A stretch of DNA of 64,000 nt from Lachnospiraceae bacterium (GTDB lineage: Bacteria; Bacillota; Clostridia; Lachnospirales; Lachnospiraceae). This document shows positions 21,190-30,651 of this stretch, piece by piece. How positions within the stretch are numbered: position 1 is the stretch's first letter; every line of letters starts with the position of its first letter. The position numbers were made by a program, and so were the translations under genes. The notes under the pieces are model-generated. The model did not search any database. It had not been told where the DNA came from and worked only from the letters and a program-made list of their open reading frames with translations. The stretch spans positions 6,771 through 70,770 of the forward strand of contig JAFQLB010000057.1 in NCBI GenBank assembly GCA_017396675.1, in the 5' to 3' direction.

Positions 21190-23847
21190 ATGAAAGCATA
21201 TGGTGTAAATGAATTAAGAAGAATGTATCTTGAATTTTTTGAATCCAAGGATCACTTATCCATGAAGAGTTTTTCCCTGGTGCCTCATAACGATAATTCA
21301 CTGCTTTTGATCAATGCGGGAATGGCTCCCTTGAAGCCTTATTTTACGGGACAGGAGATTCCTCCCAGGAATCGTGTGACCACCTGCCAGAAGTGTGTCA
21401 GAACGGGAGATATTGAGAATGTGGGAAAGACAGCCAGACATCTTACCTTTTTTGAGATGCTGGGTAATTTTTCCTTTGGAGATTATTTTAAGAAGGAAGC
21501 CATTGCATGGAGCTGGGAATTCCTCACGGAAGTGATCGGGATGGAACCGGAGAGACTGTATCCGTCCATCTATTTTGAGGATGATGAGGCTTTTGAGATA
21601 TGGAACAAGGATATAGGAGTTCCGGCAGAGAAAATTACCCGTTTTTACCGGGATGAAGACGGAAAATGTGACAATTTCTGGGAGCACGGCGCAGGACCCT
21701 GCGGTCCCTGTTCCGAGATCTACTACGACAGAGGGGAAGCATACGGATGCGGCAGTCACGACTGTAAGGTAGGCTGTGAATGCGATCGCTTTATTGAAGT
21801 GTGGAATAACGTATTTACCCAGTATGATGGAGACGGTAAGGGCAATTATGTGGAGCTGGCCAACAAAAACATCGATACCGGTATGGGGCTTGAGCGTCTT
21901 GCTGCGGTGGTACAGGAGGTAGACTCCGTTTTTGATATTGATACCATGAAGGCAATCCGTGACCGCATCTGTGAAATCGGAGGCTTGGTCTATCGCAAGG
22001 ATGAGAAACAGGACGTTTCCATCCGTCTGATCACGGATCACATCCGTTCTGCAACCTTCCTGATTTCCGACGGTGTTATGCCTTCCAATGAAGGGCGGGG
22101 GTATGTCCTGCGGCGTTTGATCCGCCGTGCTGCCAGACACGGAAGACTCTTAGGGATTCAGGAGAAGTTTCTGGCCAATCTGAGCCAAACCGTGATCGCG
22201 GAATCCAAAGACGGTTATCCGGAACTGGAAGAGAAGAAGGATTTTATTTTAAAGGTTCTGACGGAGGAAGAGAACAAATTTGATAAGACCATTGATCAGG
22301 GACTGGCCATTCTGCGTCAGATGCAGGAGGAGATGGAGAAAAAAAGCAGCACTGTTTTAAGCGGTGAAGATGCCTTTAAGCTGTACGATACCTACGGCTT
22401 CCCCTTGGATCTGACAGAGGAAATCCTTTCGGAAAAAGGATTGACGCTGGATGCGGAAGGCTTTCAGACTGCCATGAAGGAACAGAGAGAGAAGGCCAGA
22501 AAAGCCCGTAAGGTGACAAACTACATGGGTACCGATGCTACCGTATACGAAGAGATCGATCCTTCCGTAACATCGGCCTTTGTGGGATATGATGCTTTGA
22601 GCCATACCTCCGTCATTACGGTGCTGACAACGGAAACAGAACTGACGGAAGCCCTGAGTGATGGTCAGGTAGGAACCGTCATCGTGGAGGAAACTCCTTT
22701 TTACGCCACCATGGGCGGACAGAAGGCAGACATCGGAAGGGTGGTTTCGGCAGAAGGTGAGTTTGAAGTCAGTGATACCGTGAAGCTGCTGGGCGGTAAG
22801 GTGGGTCATATCGGCCGTGTGACGAAGGGAATGCTGAAAACAGGTGATAAAGTGAGTCTGCAGGTGAATTCCGAGAATCGTAAGGATACCTGCAAGAATC
22901 ACAGTGCTACACACCTTCTTCATAAGGCCTTGCGGGAGGTACTGGGTACCCATGTGGAGCAGGCAGGCTCTTTTGTGGATGCTGACAGATTGCGATTCGA
23001 TTTCAGTCATTTTTCTGCAATGACCAAGGAAGAGCTGGCTCGTGTAGAACGGATCGTCAATGAAAAAATTGAAGAGGATCTGGCTGTAACGACACAGAAC
23101 ATGCGTGTGGAAGATGCAAAGAAGAGCGGTGCCATGGCGCTCTTTGGAGAGAAATACGGGGAGACCGTTCGGGTCGTATCCATGGGAGATTTTTCCACCG
23201 AGCTTTGCGGCGGGACGCATGTAGACCATACAGGGCTCATCGGAGCCTTCAAGATTCTTTCGGAGAGTGGAATTGCGGCGGGGGTACGCCGGATCGAGGC
23301 ATTGACAGGCAACGGTGTCTTCGCCCATTACAGAGAAGCGGAAGAGATGCTGGAGAAGGCAGCCAGAACGATGAAGACCACTGCAGCCGGTGTGAATGAC
23401 AAGATCGAGCATCTTCTGTCGGAGCTGAAGCTGCTGCAGAGCGAGAACGAGGCGTTAAAGAGCAAGCTTGCCAAGGATGCGCTGGGAGACGTGATGGATC
23501 AGGTGCAGGAAATGGGAGGCGTGAAGCTCCTTGCCGCCGCTGTTTCCGGTGTGGACATGAACGGACTGCGGGGGCTGGGGGATCAGCTGAAGGAGCGTCT
23601 GCAGGAAGGTGTGGTGGTACTGGCTTCCGACAGTGACGGTAAGGTAAATCTTGTGGCTATGGCCACAGAGGGAGCTATGGAAAAGGGTGCCCATGCCGGT
23701 AATCTGATCAAAGGAATCGCGGCTCTGGTTGGCGGCGGCGGCGGCGGAAGACCCAATATGGCGCAGGCCGGAGGCAAGAATCCGGAGGGTATTCCTGCAG
23801 CGGTGAAAGAGGCTGCCGTAGTCTTGAAAGGGCAGCTTGGCATATGA
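21190..23847 (+). CDS. alaS: Alanine--tRNA ligase
   Basis: The N-terminus ELRRMYLEFFESKDH, the editing-domain motif (HSATHLL...) and the C-terminal GGGGGRPNMAQAGG are all present. Start at ATG 21190, after GGAGGA. Confidence 0.95.
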   Translation: MKAYGVNELRRMYLEFFESKDHLSMKSFSLVPHNDNSLLLINAGMAPLKPYFTGQEIPPRNRVTTCQKCVRTGDIENVGKTARHLTFFEMLGNFSFGDYFKKEAIAWSWEFLTEVIGMEPERLYPSIYFEDDEAFEIWNKDIGVPAEKITRFYRDEDGKCDNFWEHGAGPCGPCSEIYYDRGEAYGCGSHDCKVGCECDRFIEVWNNVFTQYDGDGKGNYVELANKNIDTGMGLERLAAVVQEVDSVFDIDTMKAIRDRICEIGGLVYRKDEKQDVSIRLITDHIRSATFLISDGVMPSNEGRGYVLRRLIRRAARHGRLLGIQEKFLANLSQTVIAESKDGYPELEEKKDFILKVLTEEENKFDKTIDQGLAILRQMQEEMEKKSSTVLSGEDAFKLYDTYGFPLDLTEEILSEKGLTLDAEGFQTAMKEQREKARKARKVTNYMGTDATVYEEIDPSVTSAFVGYDALSHTSVITVLTTETELTEALSDGQVGTVIVEETPFYATMGGQKADIGRVVSAEGEFEVSDTVKLLGGKVGHIGRVTKGMLKTGDKVSLQVNSENRKDTCKNHSATHLLHKALREVLGTHVEQAGSFVDADRLRFDFSHFSAMTKEELARVERIVNEKIEEDLAVTTQNMRVEDAKKSGAMALFGEKYGETVRVVSMGDFSTELCGGTHVDHTGLIGAFKILSESGIAAGVRRIEALTGNGVFAHYREAEEMLEKAARTMKTTAAGVNDKIEHLLSELKLLQSENEALKSKLAKDALGDVMDQVQEMGGVKLLAAAVSGVDMNGLRGLGDQLKERLQEGVVVLASDSDGKVNLVAMATEGAMEKGAHAGNLIKGIAALVGGGGGGRPNMAQAGGKNPEGIPAAVKEAAVVLKGQLGI

Positions 23848-23905
23848 TCCGGACAAGGAAAGAAAAATACAGATAAGAAACAGATAAGAAAATTAAAAAA
23901 AACAG

Positions 23906-23933
23906 TTGACGAACTTCCAAAATTTGATATAAT
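23906..23933 (+). promoter_or_regulatory. Putative strong promoter of rpsU
   Basis: TTGACG (23906-23911), a 16-nt spacer, then TGA-TATAAT (extended -10, TATAAT at 23928-23933). An 11-nt tandem duplication CAGATAAGAAA x2 lies just upstream (23870-23891). Confidence 0.55.
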
Positions 23934-24020
23934 GTTTATTGTGTATGTGAACGTATGCATATAATAAACCCAAATCAGTCATGTTACTAGGAAGGGACTG
24001 AAGGGAGGTTGGGGTGTAGG

Positions 24021-24197
24021 ATGTCAAACGTAATCGTAAAAGAGAACGAGACTTTAGACAGCGCTTTACGTCGTTTTAAAAGAAGCTGCGCTAAGGCCGG
24101 TATTCAGCAAGAGATTCGTAAGAGAGAGCATTGCGAGAAGCCTAGCGTAAGACGTAAGAAGAAATCCGAAGCTGCAAGAAAACGTAAATATAATTAA
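24021..24197 (+). CDS. rpsU: 30S ribosomal protein S21
   Basis: 58 aa. The sequence [28 protein letters not shown]... with a basic C-terminus is the canonical S21. Confidence 0.92.
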   Translation: MSNVIVKENETLDSALRRFKRSCAKAGIQQEIRKREHCEKPSVRRKKKSEAARKRKYN

Positions 24198-24206
24198 TTC
24201 AAAGCG

Positions 24207-24240
24207 GAATCCCTGATGTGTTTGTCAGGGATTTTCTTGT
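24207..24240 (+). terminator. Intrinsic terminator after rpsU
   Basis: Stem GAATCCCTGA pairs with TCAGGGATT around an 8-nt loop and is followed by TTCTTG. Confidence 0.7.
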
Positions 24241-24271
24241 AGGCGGGAGCTATGCGCCATCTCCCGGAAGG

Positions 24272-25153
24272 ATGGAAAATAAGATGTTATATGTTGTAGT
24301 TCTTTTCATGGTTCTGCTGTTATTCTTCCTTATGGTGGCAGCAGTGGATACAAACAGATTTAAGATCAGCCGATATACACTGGAAAGTCGGAAGATTGTA
24401 TCTCCCTATTCTTTTGTGGTACTGGCGGATTTGCACAACAAACAGTACGGTGCTCACAATTGGAAGCTACTGCAAGCCATTGACCGGCTGCATCCGGAGG
24501 GTATCTTTTTGGCAGGGGATATGCTGACCTCCATCAAGGGCAGAGATTTCACCCCGGCTCTGGAGCTGATTCATCGTCTGGCAGAGAAATATCCCATTTT
24601 TTACGGGGCGGGAAACCATGAGACGAGACTGTTTCTGTATCCGGAAGTATACGGTAAGATGGGAGAGGAATATGAACGGAGTCTTCTGGAAAAGCAGGTA
24701 AGGATACTGCACAATGAAGGCTGCGGCTTGCCCGAATATAATATTCATGTAACGGGACTGGAGCTTACAAGAGAGTATTACAGGCGAATGCAGAAGGTGA
24801 GGATGGCTTCCTCCTATCTGGAGGAGACCCTGGGAAAGCCTGATAAAGAGGTTTTCCAGATTCTTCTGGCGCACAATCCGGAGTATTTTAAGGAGTATGC
24901 AAAATGGGGTGCTGATCTTGTACTTTCCGGCCATCTCCATGGCGGCATTATGAGACTTCCCCTTCTGGGAGGTGTTATTTCTCCCTCCCTGAAGCTGTTT
25001 CCCGGGTATGACAGCGGTATGTATCATCAGGGGGACTCCGCCATGGTGCTCAGCAGAGGACTTGGCGTACACACCATTCCTTTAAGAATATTCAATCCCG
25101 GAGAATTGATTCTGATAGAGCTGCTGCCTGCAAAAAAGAAAGACGGCATATGA
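24272..25153 (+). CDS. Membrane-anchored metallophosphoesterase
   Basis: An N-terminal transmembrane helix is followed by calcineurin-like motifs (VVLADLHN, LAGDM, GNHE, GHLHGG). ATG 24272 is preferred because ATG 24218 lies inside the rpsU terminator. Confidence 0.8.
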   Translation: MENKMLYVVVLFMVLLLFFLMVAAVDTNRFKISRYTLESRKIVSPYSFVVLADLHNKQYGAHNWKLLQAIDRLHPEGIFLAGDMLTSIKGRDFTPALELIHRLAEKYPIFYGAGNHETRLFLYPEVYGKMGEEYERSLLEKQVRILHNEGCGLPEYNIHVTGLELTREYYRRMQKVRMASSYLEETLGKPDKEVFQILLAHNPEYFKEYAKWGADLVLSGHLHGGIMRLPLLGGVISPSLKLFPGYDSGMYHQGDSAMVLSRGLGVHTIPLRIFNPGELILIELLPAKKKDGI

Positions 25154-25160
25154 GGTATCT

Positions 25161-25913
25161 ATGGCAATTAAGGTAAAATTGCAGATGTTTGAGGGGCCTT
25201 TGGATCTGCTTTTGCATTTGATCGAAAAAAACAAAGTGGATATTTACGATATTCCCATTGTGGAAATTACGGAGCAGTATCTTGCCTACATCCGTCAGAT
25301 GGAGACGGAAGACATGAACGTTATGAGTGAATTTCTACTGATGGCCGCCACGCTGCTGGAAATCAAATGCCGCATGCTGCTTCCCCGGGAGGTCAATGAA
25401 GAAGGGGAGGAAGAGGATCCGAGAGAGGAACTGGTCCGCAGGCTTCTGGAATACAAGATGTACAAATATATGTCCTTCGAATTAAAGGACAGACAGCAGG
25501 ATGGTTGGAAGAATTATTTTAAAGGACCTACACTTCCCCAGGAGGTGGCTGCTTATCAGCCGCCGGTGGATTATCAGTGTTTGCTGGGAGATGTGGATCT
25601 TGTCAGGCTTCAGAGTATTTTTCAGGCCACACTAAAGCGGCAGGCAGATAAGATCGATCCCATCCGCAGTCGCTTCGGCAATATTGAGAAGGATGAGATT
25701 AATATGGAAGAGAAGGCGGAGTATATCAGAAATTATATCCGAACGCAGGGGATGGGAAAAAGCTTCAGCTTCCGTAAACTGCTGGAGCATCAGGGAAACA
25801 AAGGAGAGCTGGTGGTAACCTTTCTGACTGTCCTTGAAATGATAAAGATCGGGCAGATTACCATTCGACAGGATGCATTATTTGAGGATATTATCATTAC
25901 CACGGTTGCGTAA
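25161..25913 (+). CDS. scpA: Segregation and condensation protein A
   Basis: The N-terminus FEGPLDLLLHLIEKNKVDIYDIPIVEITEQYL is diagnostic. Confidence 0.9.
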   Translation: MAIKVKLQMFEGPLDLLLHLIEKNKVDIYDIPIVEITEQYLAYIRQMETEDMNVMSEFLLMAATLLEIKCRMLLPREVNEEGEEEDPREELVRRLLEYKMYKYMSFELKDRQQDGWKNYFKGPTLPQEVAAYQPPVDYQCLLGDVDLVRLQSIFQATLKRQADKIDPIRSRFGNIEKDEINMEEKAEYIRNYIRTQGMGKSFSFRKLLEHQGNKGELVVTFLTVLEMIKIGQITIRQDALFEDIIITTVA

Positions 25914-25925
25914 GGAGAGAGAAGA

Positions 25926-26495
25926 ATGGAGAGAGAAAAGCAGGAAGCCGTTTTGGAAGCCGCGCTGTTTACCATGGGAGATTCCGTGGAGATCGGCAGA
26001 CTGGCAGAACTGATTGAAGAGGACAAAGAGGTAACGAGAGCCATTCTGTATGAAATGAGAGATAAAATGTCGGAGTCCTGTCGGGGGATTACTTTGGTAG
26101 AATTGGACAATGCCTTTCAGATGTGTTCCAAAACAGAGATGTATGAGTATCTGATCCAACTGACGAAGAACCGGGCACAGTACACCCTAAGTGACAGTGC
26201 CTTGGAAACCCTTTCCATCATTGCCTATAAACAGCCTGTGACAAAAGCGGAGATTGAAAGGGTGAGGGGAGTCAACTGTGACCACGCTGTGAATCGTCTG
26301 GTGGCTTTTGATCTTGTAAAGGAGCTGGGACGGCTGGATGCGCCGGGACGTCCTTTGCTGTTTGGTACTACGGAGGAGTTTTTAAGGAGATTCGGGGTCA
26401 GATCTCTGGAAGAACTGCCAAGAATCAGTACGGTGCAGATGGAAGAGTTTAAAGAGCAGGCACAGCAGGAAGCCGGTATACAGATACCGGTGTAA
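25926..26495 (+). CDS. scpB: Segregation and condensation protein B
   Basis: Contains ALETLSIIAYKQPVTKAEIERVRGV and lies immediately after scpA. Confidence 0.9.
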   Translation: MEREKQEAVLEAALFTMGDSVEIGRLAELIEEDKEVTRAILYEMRDKMSESCRGITLVELDNAFQMCSKTEMYEYLIQLTKNRAQYTLSDSALETLSIIAYKQPVTKAEIERVRGVNCDHAVNRLVAFDLVKELGRLDAPGRPLLFGTTEEFLRRFGVRSLEELPRISTVQMEEFKEQAQQEAGIQIPV

Positions 26496-26507
26496 AAATA
26501 CCAAGCG

Positions 26508-26555
26508 TAGAAATTTAGAAGTGTAGAAATGTAGAATTGCAGAAATATAGAAGTG
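26508..26555. repeat. Six contiguous degenerate 8-bp units (TAGAAATT TAGAAGTG TAGAAATG TAGAATTG CAGAAATA TAGAAGTG)
   Basis: Read directly from the sequence. It lies between the scpB stop and its terminator. Confidence 0.85.
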
Positions 26556-26561
26556 TCAGAG

Positions 26562-26592
26562 ATTCCCGCGTTCTAAACGACGGGAATTTTTC
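26562..26592 (+). terminator. Intrinsic terminator after scpB
   Basis: ATTCCCG pairs with CGGGAAT (7-bp stem) and is followed by TTTTT. Confidence 0.65.
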
Positions 26593-26635
26593 ATATAAAT
26601 AGGATAAAATATAAACGTAAAACAGTAGGGAAATC

Positions 26636-27904
26636 ATGAACTTTAGTAAAGTCAAAGGGATGATCATACTTTCTTTCCTGTTTATGCTGGGGATCTGCAG
26701 CCGCCCCCTGCAGTGTCATGCCATGGAAGAAGAGAGCCTTCCGCAAGAGGCACTGTATGCCGGAGCGGCGGTGCTGATGGACGGAGTCAGCGGGAGAATA
26801 CTGTATGAAAAAAACGGAGAGGAGTTTCTCTCCAATGCCAGTACCACAAAAATTCTGACCTGTATTCTGGCGCTGGAGGAGGGGAGAATGCAGGATTTGG
26901 TCACGGTATCTGCCTATGCGGCCTCCATGCCGGATGTACAGCTGAATATCCGGGAAGGAGAGCGGTATCTGCTTAAGGATCTTCTGTATTCCCTGATGCT
27001 GGAGTCTCACAACGACTCTGCTGTGGCAATTGCGGAGCATATCAGCGGCTCCATCGAAGCCTTTGCCGTTAAAATGAATGAAAAGGCGGCTGCCATCGGA
27101 TGTGAAAACACCTTTTTTGTAACCCCAAACGGACTGGACGGAACGGCCATGGTAACGCTGCCGGAGGGCACCCAGATACAAATGAGTCACGGAACCACCG
27201 CAAAAGACCTGGCTGCTATCATGCGTTATTGTATCCGTATTTCTCCTGCCAGAGAGGAGTTCTTAAAGATTACGAGAACACCATCTCACAGCTTTTCCTC
27301 CCAAAAGACGCAGGAGGGAGACCGTGTCCGATCCTTTTCCTGCTACAACAGAAATGCCTTTCTTTCCATGATGGAAGGGGCTTTGAGCGGAAAAACGGGA
27401 TTTACCAATAAAGCGGGATATTGCTATGTAGGAGCCCTGCGGCAGGGAGAGGAAGAGTATGTGATTGCATTGCTGGCCTGCGGCTGGCCCAACAATAAAA
27501 CCTACAAATGGAAGGATGCAAAAGCACTGTTTACTTACGGTCTTTCACAGTATGAATACATACCCTTCACGGAAGCGGAAGAAGACATTGGAGAAATGAC
27601 GGCAGTGGAGGTGGAAAGGGGACAGACAAAAGGCTTGGGAGAGTAGGCGGTAACCGGAATCTGTCGTGAGGCAATGGAGGGAGCGCCGGAGGGACTTGTG
27701 CTGAAGCAAGATGAAAGGCTCATTGCCAGAGCCCGACTGCAGCCGCTGAAGGCTCCTGTAGAGAAGGGACAGGAAGTGGGCAGGCTGCAGTACCTCCTGG
27801 GAGAAGAGGTGGTCAGAGAGGATCGTCTGTTGTCTGCCGAAGAGGTAAAAAAGATTGATTACGGCTGGTGTCTGAAACAGATAATCGATAAATTTCTTTT
27901 TTAA
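26636..27904 (+). pseudogene. D-alanyl-D-alanine carboxypeptidase (S11, PBP5/DacB-like) interrupted by an in-frame TAG at 27644-27646
   Basis: Signal peptide, SxxK (NASTTK), SxN (ESHND) and KTG (GKTGFT) motifs lie in ORF 26636-27646. ORF 27674-27904 is in the same frame and encodes the rest of the PBP5 C-terminal domain (LKAPVEKGQEVGRLQYLL). Confidence 0.6.
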
Positions 27905-28032
27905 ATCCAGTTAAGATTCGCAATAATTCTTTCTATTTGACAAAATATGTGTTATACTGACTTCATGCGGGTTATCCTCCCGCAATAGGAGTTATTTATC
28001 AGCTATAATTATAATAAATGGAGGTCCTAAAG

Positions 28033-29463
28033 ATGAGTAATTCTACGCTTGCGAGACAGAGAATTCTCGCTCTGCTCGATGAGAACAGTTTCGTGGAAAT
28101 CGGTGCTCTTGTAACTGCCAGAGCTACGGATTTCAATTTGAAACAAACGAAGGCTCCCTCGGACGGCGTGATCACCGGCTACGGAGTTATCGACGGCAAT
28201 CCGGTGTATGTTTACAGCCAGGATGCGTCCGTATTGGGCGGAAGCATCGGTGAGATGCACGGCAAGAAAATTGTAAAGCTGTATGATCTGGCGATGAAAA
28301 CGGGTGCTCCCGTCATCGGTTTGATTGATTCTGCCGGACTCAGACTGCAGGAGGCGACAGATGCCCTTAATGCCTTTGGAGAAGTGTATCTGAAGCAGAC
28401 ATTGGCCTCGGGTGTGATTCCCCAGATTACGGCTGTCTTTGGAAGCTGCGGCGGCGGTCTGGCACTGATTCCTGCACTGACAGACTTTACCTTTATGGAG
28501 AAAACAAAGGCAAAGCTGTTTGTTAACGCACCCAATACACTGAACGGCAACGAGATCTCCAGATGTGATACCTCATCGGCAGACTTCCAGAGTGAGAAAA
28601 CAGGTCTTGTGGATGTGGCGGATGAAGAGGCACAGCTGTATGCACAGATCCGCGAGCTGGTAGGTATGCTGCCCTGCAATAACGAGGAGGACGGCGCCTA
28701 CGATGTATGCAGTGATGATCTGAACCGTCTCTGTCCCGATCTGGCAGGCTGCGCAGCGGATGCTGTGCTTGCTTTGTCAAGGATCGCAGACGATTTCAGA
28801 TTCTTTGAAACAAAAAGAAGTTATGCGGAAGAAATGGTAACGGGATTTTTGAAATTAAACGGCGTTACGGTGGGAGCCGTAGCCAATCGTACCTGCAAAT
28901 ACGACGAACAGGGAGAAAAAGCCTGTGAATTTGATCCCGTATTGACGGTACGGGGCTGCTATAAGGCAGCAGAGTTTGTAAACTTCTGTGATGCCTTTGG
29001 GATTCCCGTTCTGACCTTGACCAATGTTAAGGGATTCCGGGCAGATATCTGCTCCGAGAGAAATATTGCCAGAGCAGCCGCCAAGATGGTATACGCATTT
29101 GCCAATGCCACGGTGCCCAAGGTCAATGTAATTACAGGCAGTGCTTACGGCAGCGGTTATGTGGTTATGAATTCCCGCAGTATCGGAGCGGATATGACCT
29201 TTGCGTGGCCGGAGGCTCAGATCGGAACAATGGACGCCAGGCTGGCAGCCAGGATTATTTGCGACGGTCAGGGAGCGGAAGCCATTGAGACCTGTGCCAA
29301 AGAATATGCAAAGCTTCAGAACAATGCAGAAAGTGCGGCGGGGAGAGGGTATATCGATACCATAATCGCTCCGGAAGAGACGAGAAAATATGTGATCGGT
29401 GCTTTTGAAATGTTGTTTACAAAGAAGGAAGAACGCCCGGTGAAAAAGCACGGTACAGTATAG
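28033..29463 (+). CDS. Acyl-CoA carboxyltransferase (methylmalonyl-CoA decarboxylase alpha / 12S-like)
   Basis: Carboxyl-transferase family blocks are present (DGVITGYGVIDGNPVYVYSQDASVLGGSIGEMHGKKI, IGLIDSAGLRLQE, IPQITAVFGSCGGGLA). ATG 28033 lies 8 nt after GGAGG. Confidence 0.85.
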   Translation: MSNSTLARQRILALLDENSFVEIGALVTARATDFNLKQTKAPSDGVITGYGVIDGNPVYVYSQDASVLGGSIGEMHGKKIVKLYDLAMKTGAPVIGLIDSAGLRLQEATDALNAFGEVYLKQTLASGVIPQITAVFGSCGGGLALIPALTDFTFMEKTKAKLFVNAPNTLNGNEISRCDTSSADFQSEKTGLVDVADEEAQLYAQIRELVGMLPCNNEEDGAYDVCSDDLNRLCPDLAGCAADAVLALSRIADDFRFFETKRSYAEEMVTGFLKLNGVTVGAVANRTCKYDEQGEKACEFDPVLTVRGCYKAAEFVNFCDAFGIPVLTLTNVKGFRADICSERNIARAAAKMVYAFANATVPKVNVITGSAYGSGYVVMNSRSIGADMTFAWPEAQIGTMDARLAARIICDGQGAEAIETCAKEYAKLQNNAESAAGRGYIDTIIAPEETRKYVIGAFEMLFTKKEERPVKKHGTV

Positions 29464-29480
29464 AAAGGATGATACTTAAT

Positions 29481-30203
29481 ATGAAAAAACTGATATTAAT
29501 ATTAGGTATGATTGCCTGTATGATCGGCCTTGCGGCCTGCGGCGGAACTGCCGAAGAAACGGAAACCTTCGGGATGACGGAAGAGATCGCCGCCACGCTG
29601 GCGGAAGGTGTGGTGGCAGACATGAACACGATCGTTACTTCCGGAGGGCAGGCACAGTATGAAAGCGATCCGGTGATCCTTTCGGCATTGAACAGCTGGG
29701 AAGCAGCATTGGCGGAGATAGGAGAGCTGCAGTCCGTGAACGGTCATGAAGTAACCTATCAAAACGACGGTGTTATCGTTTTGGTAAGTGTCAGCGGAAT
29801 GAAGAAGGATGCGGAGGTAGAGATCATTCTGGATGAGGATCTGATGTATACCTCCATTACCACCAACGTGATTTATACCTTGCAGGAAACCATGGTGAAG
29901 GCTGCCATGAATACGCTGCTCGGTATGGGAACCGTGTTTGCGGTCTTGATTCTGATCAGCCTGATTATCTCCTGCTTTGGATTCATTCCAAAGATACAGG
30001 AAACCTTCCGTAAGAAGGCAAAGCCGGTGGCAGAGAGTGTTCCGGTATCCGTACCTGCGGTGGAGACATTGCAGACGATTCAGCCGCCTGCCGGCGACAA
30101 TCCGGAATTGATTGCGGTGATTGCAGCTGCCATCGCAGCAAGCGAAGGTGCTGCTTCGGCGGATGGATATGTGGTAAGAAGTATCAGAAGAAGAAACAGA
30201 TAG
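29481..30203 (+). CDS. OadG-type gamma subunit with an extra N-terminal lipoprotein domain
   Basis: A lipoprotein signal (LILGMIACMIGLAACGG) precedes a roughly 125-aa domain. An OadG-like helix follows (LLGMGTVFAVLILISLIISCF), then an Ala-rich tail (IAVIAAAIAASEGA). Confidence 0.7.
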   Translation: MKKLILILGMIACMIGLAACGGTAEETETFGMTEEIAATLAEGVVADMNTIVTSGGQAQYESDPVILSALNSWEAALAEIGELQSVNGHEVTYQNDGVIVLVSVSGMKKDAEVEIILDEDLMYTSITTNVIYTLQETMVKAAMNTLLGMGTVFAVLILISLIISCFGFIPKIQETFRKKAKPVAESVPVSVPAVETLQTIQPPAGDNPELIAVIAAAIAASEGAASADGYVVRSIRRRNR

Positions 30204-30235
30204 AACCGTAAAACAGTAGAAAAAGGAGAATGAAA

Positions 30236-30619
30236 ATGAAAAATTATACCATTACCGTAAATGGCAACGTATACGATGTTGTAGTAGAAGAAAAAGCCGG
30301 ACAGGCAGCCTCTCCGGCAGCTTCCATTCCCGTGGCAAGACCTGCCGCTGCGCCCGCTCCGGCGCCCGCTCCGGCGGCACCGGCATCGGCTCCTTCTGCA
30401 GCCGGTGGTATTCGTGTGGAAGCAGGAGCCGCAGGCAAAATCTTCAAGCTGGAAGCTTCTGTGGGACAGGCGGTGAAGAAAGGTGATGCCGTAGTGATTC
30501 TGGAAGCCATGAAGATGGAAATTCCCGTTGTAGCTCCCGAAGACGGAACGGTAGCCAGTATCGAAGTGTCAGTAGGCGATGCTGTGGAGGCAGGAGCATT
30601 ACTGGCAACCCTAAACTAG
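30236..30619 (+). CDS. Biotin carboxyl carrier protein
   Basis: An Ala/Pro-rich linker precedes the biotinylation motif EAMKME. ATG 30236 has better spacing to AAGGAG than ATG 30230. Confidence 0.88.
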   Translation: MKNYTITVNGNVYDVVVEEKAGQAASPAASIPVARPAAAPAPAPAPAAPASAPSAAGGIRVEAGAAGKIFKLEASVGQAVKKGDAVVILEAMKMEIPVVAPEDGTVASIEVSVGDAVEAGALLATLN

Positions 30620-30651
30620 TCCCGTTTATATTCTGATAGGAGGTCAACGTA

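Noticed and set aside
26508-26555. 8-bp periodic repeat considered as a CRISPR array or a tandem-repeat peptide gene
   Set aside because: The units are contiguous with no spacers, are far shorter than CRISPR repeats, and no cas genes are present. No ORF with a start and RBS covers the tract.
27644-27646. In-frame TAG interpreted as a pyrrolysine codon
   Set aside because: There are no pyl genes or methylamine methyltransferases in the window, and a secreted penicillin-binding protein is an implausible Pyl protein. I kept it as a finding only as a nonsense mutation, sequencing error or readthrough.
27937-27958. TTGACA followed by TATACT, and similarly TTGACA...TATAAT at 33437-33457, considered as consensus promoters
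   Set aside because: The spacers are only 10 and 9 nt, which is incompatible with sigma-A geometry. If the -10 boxes are real, they must use other, weaker -35 elements. At 27953 there is an extended -10 TGT-TATACT, which may suffice on its own.
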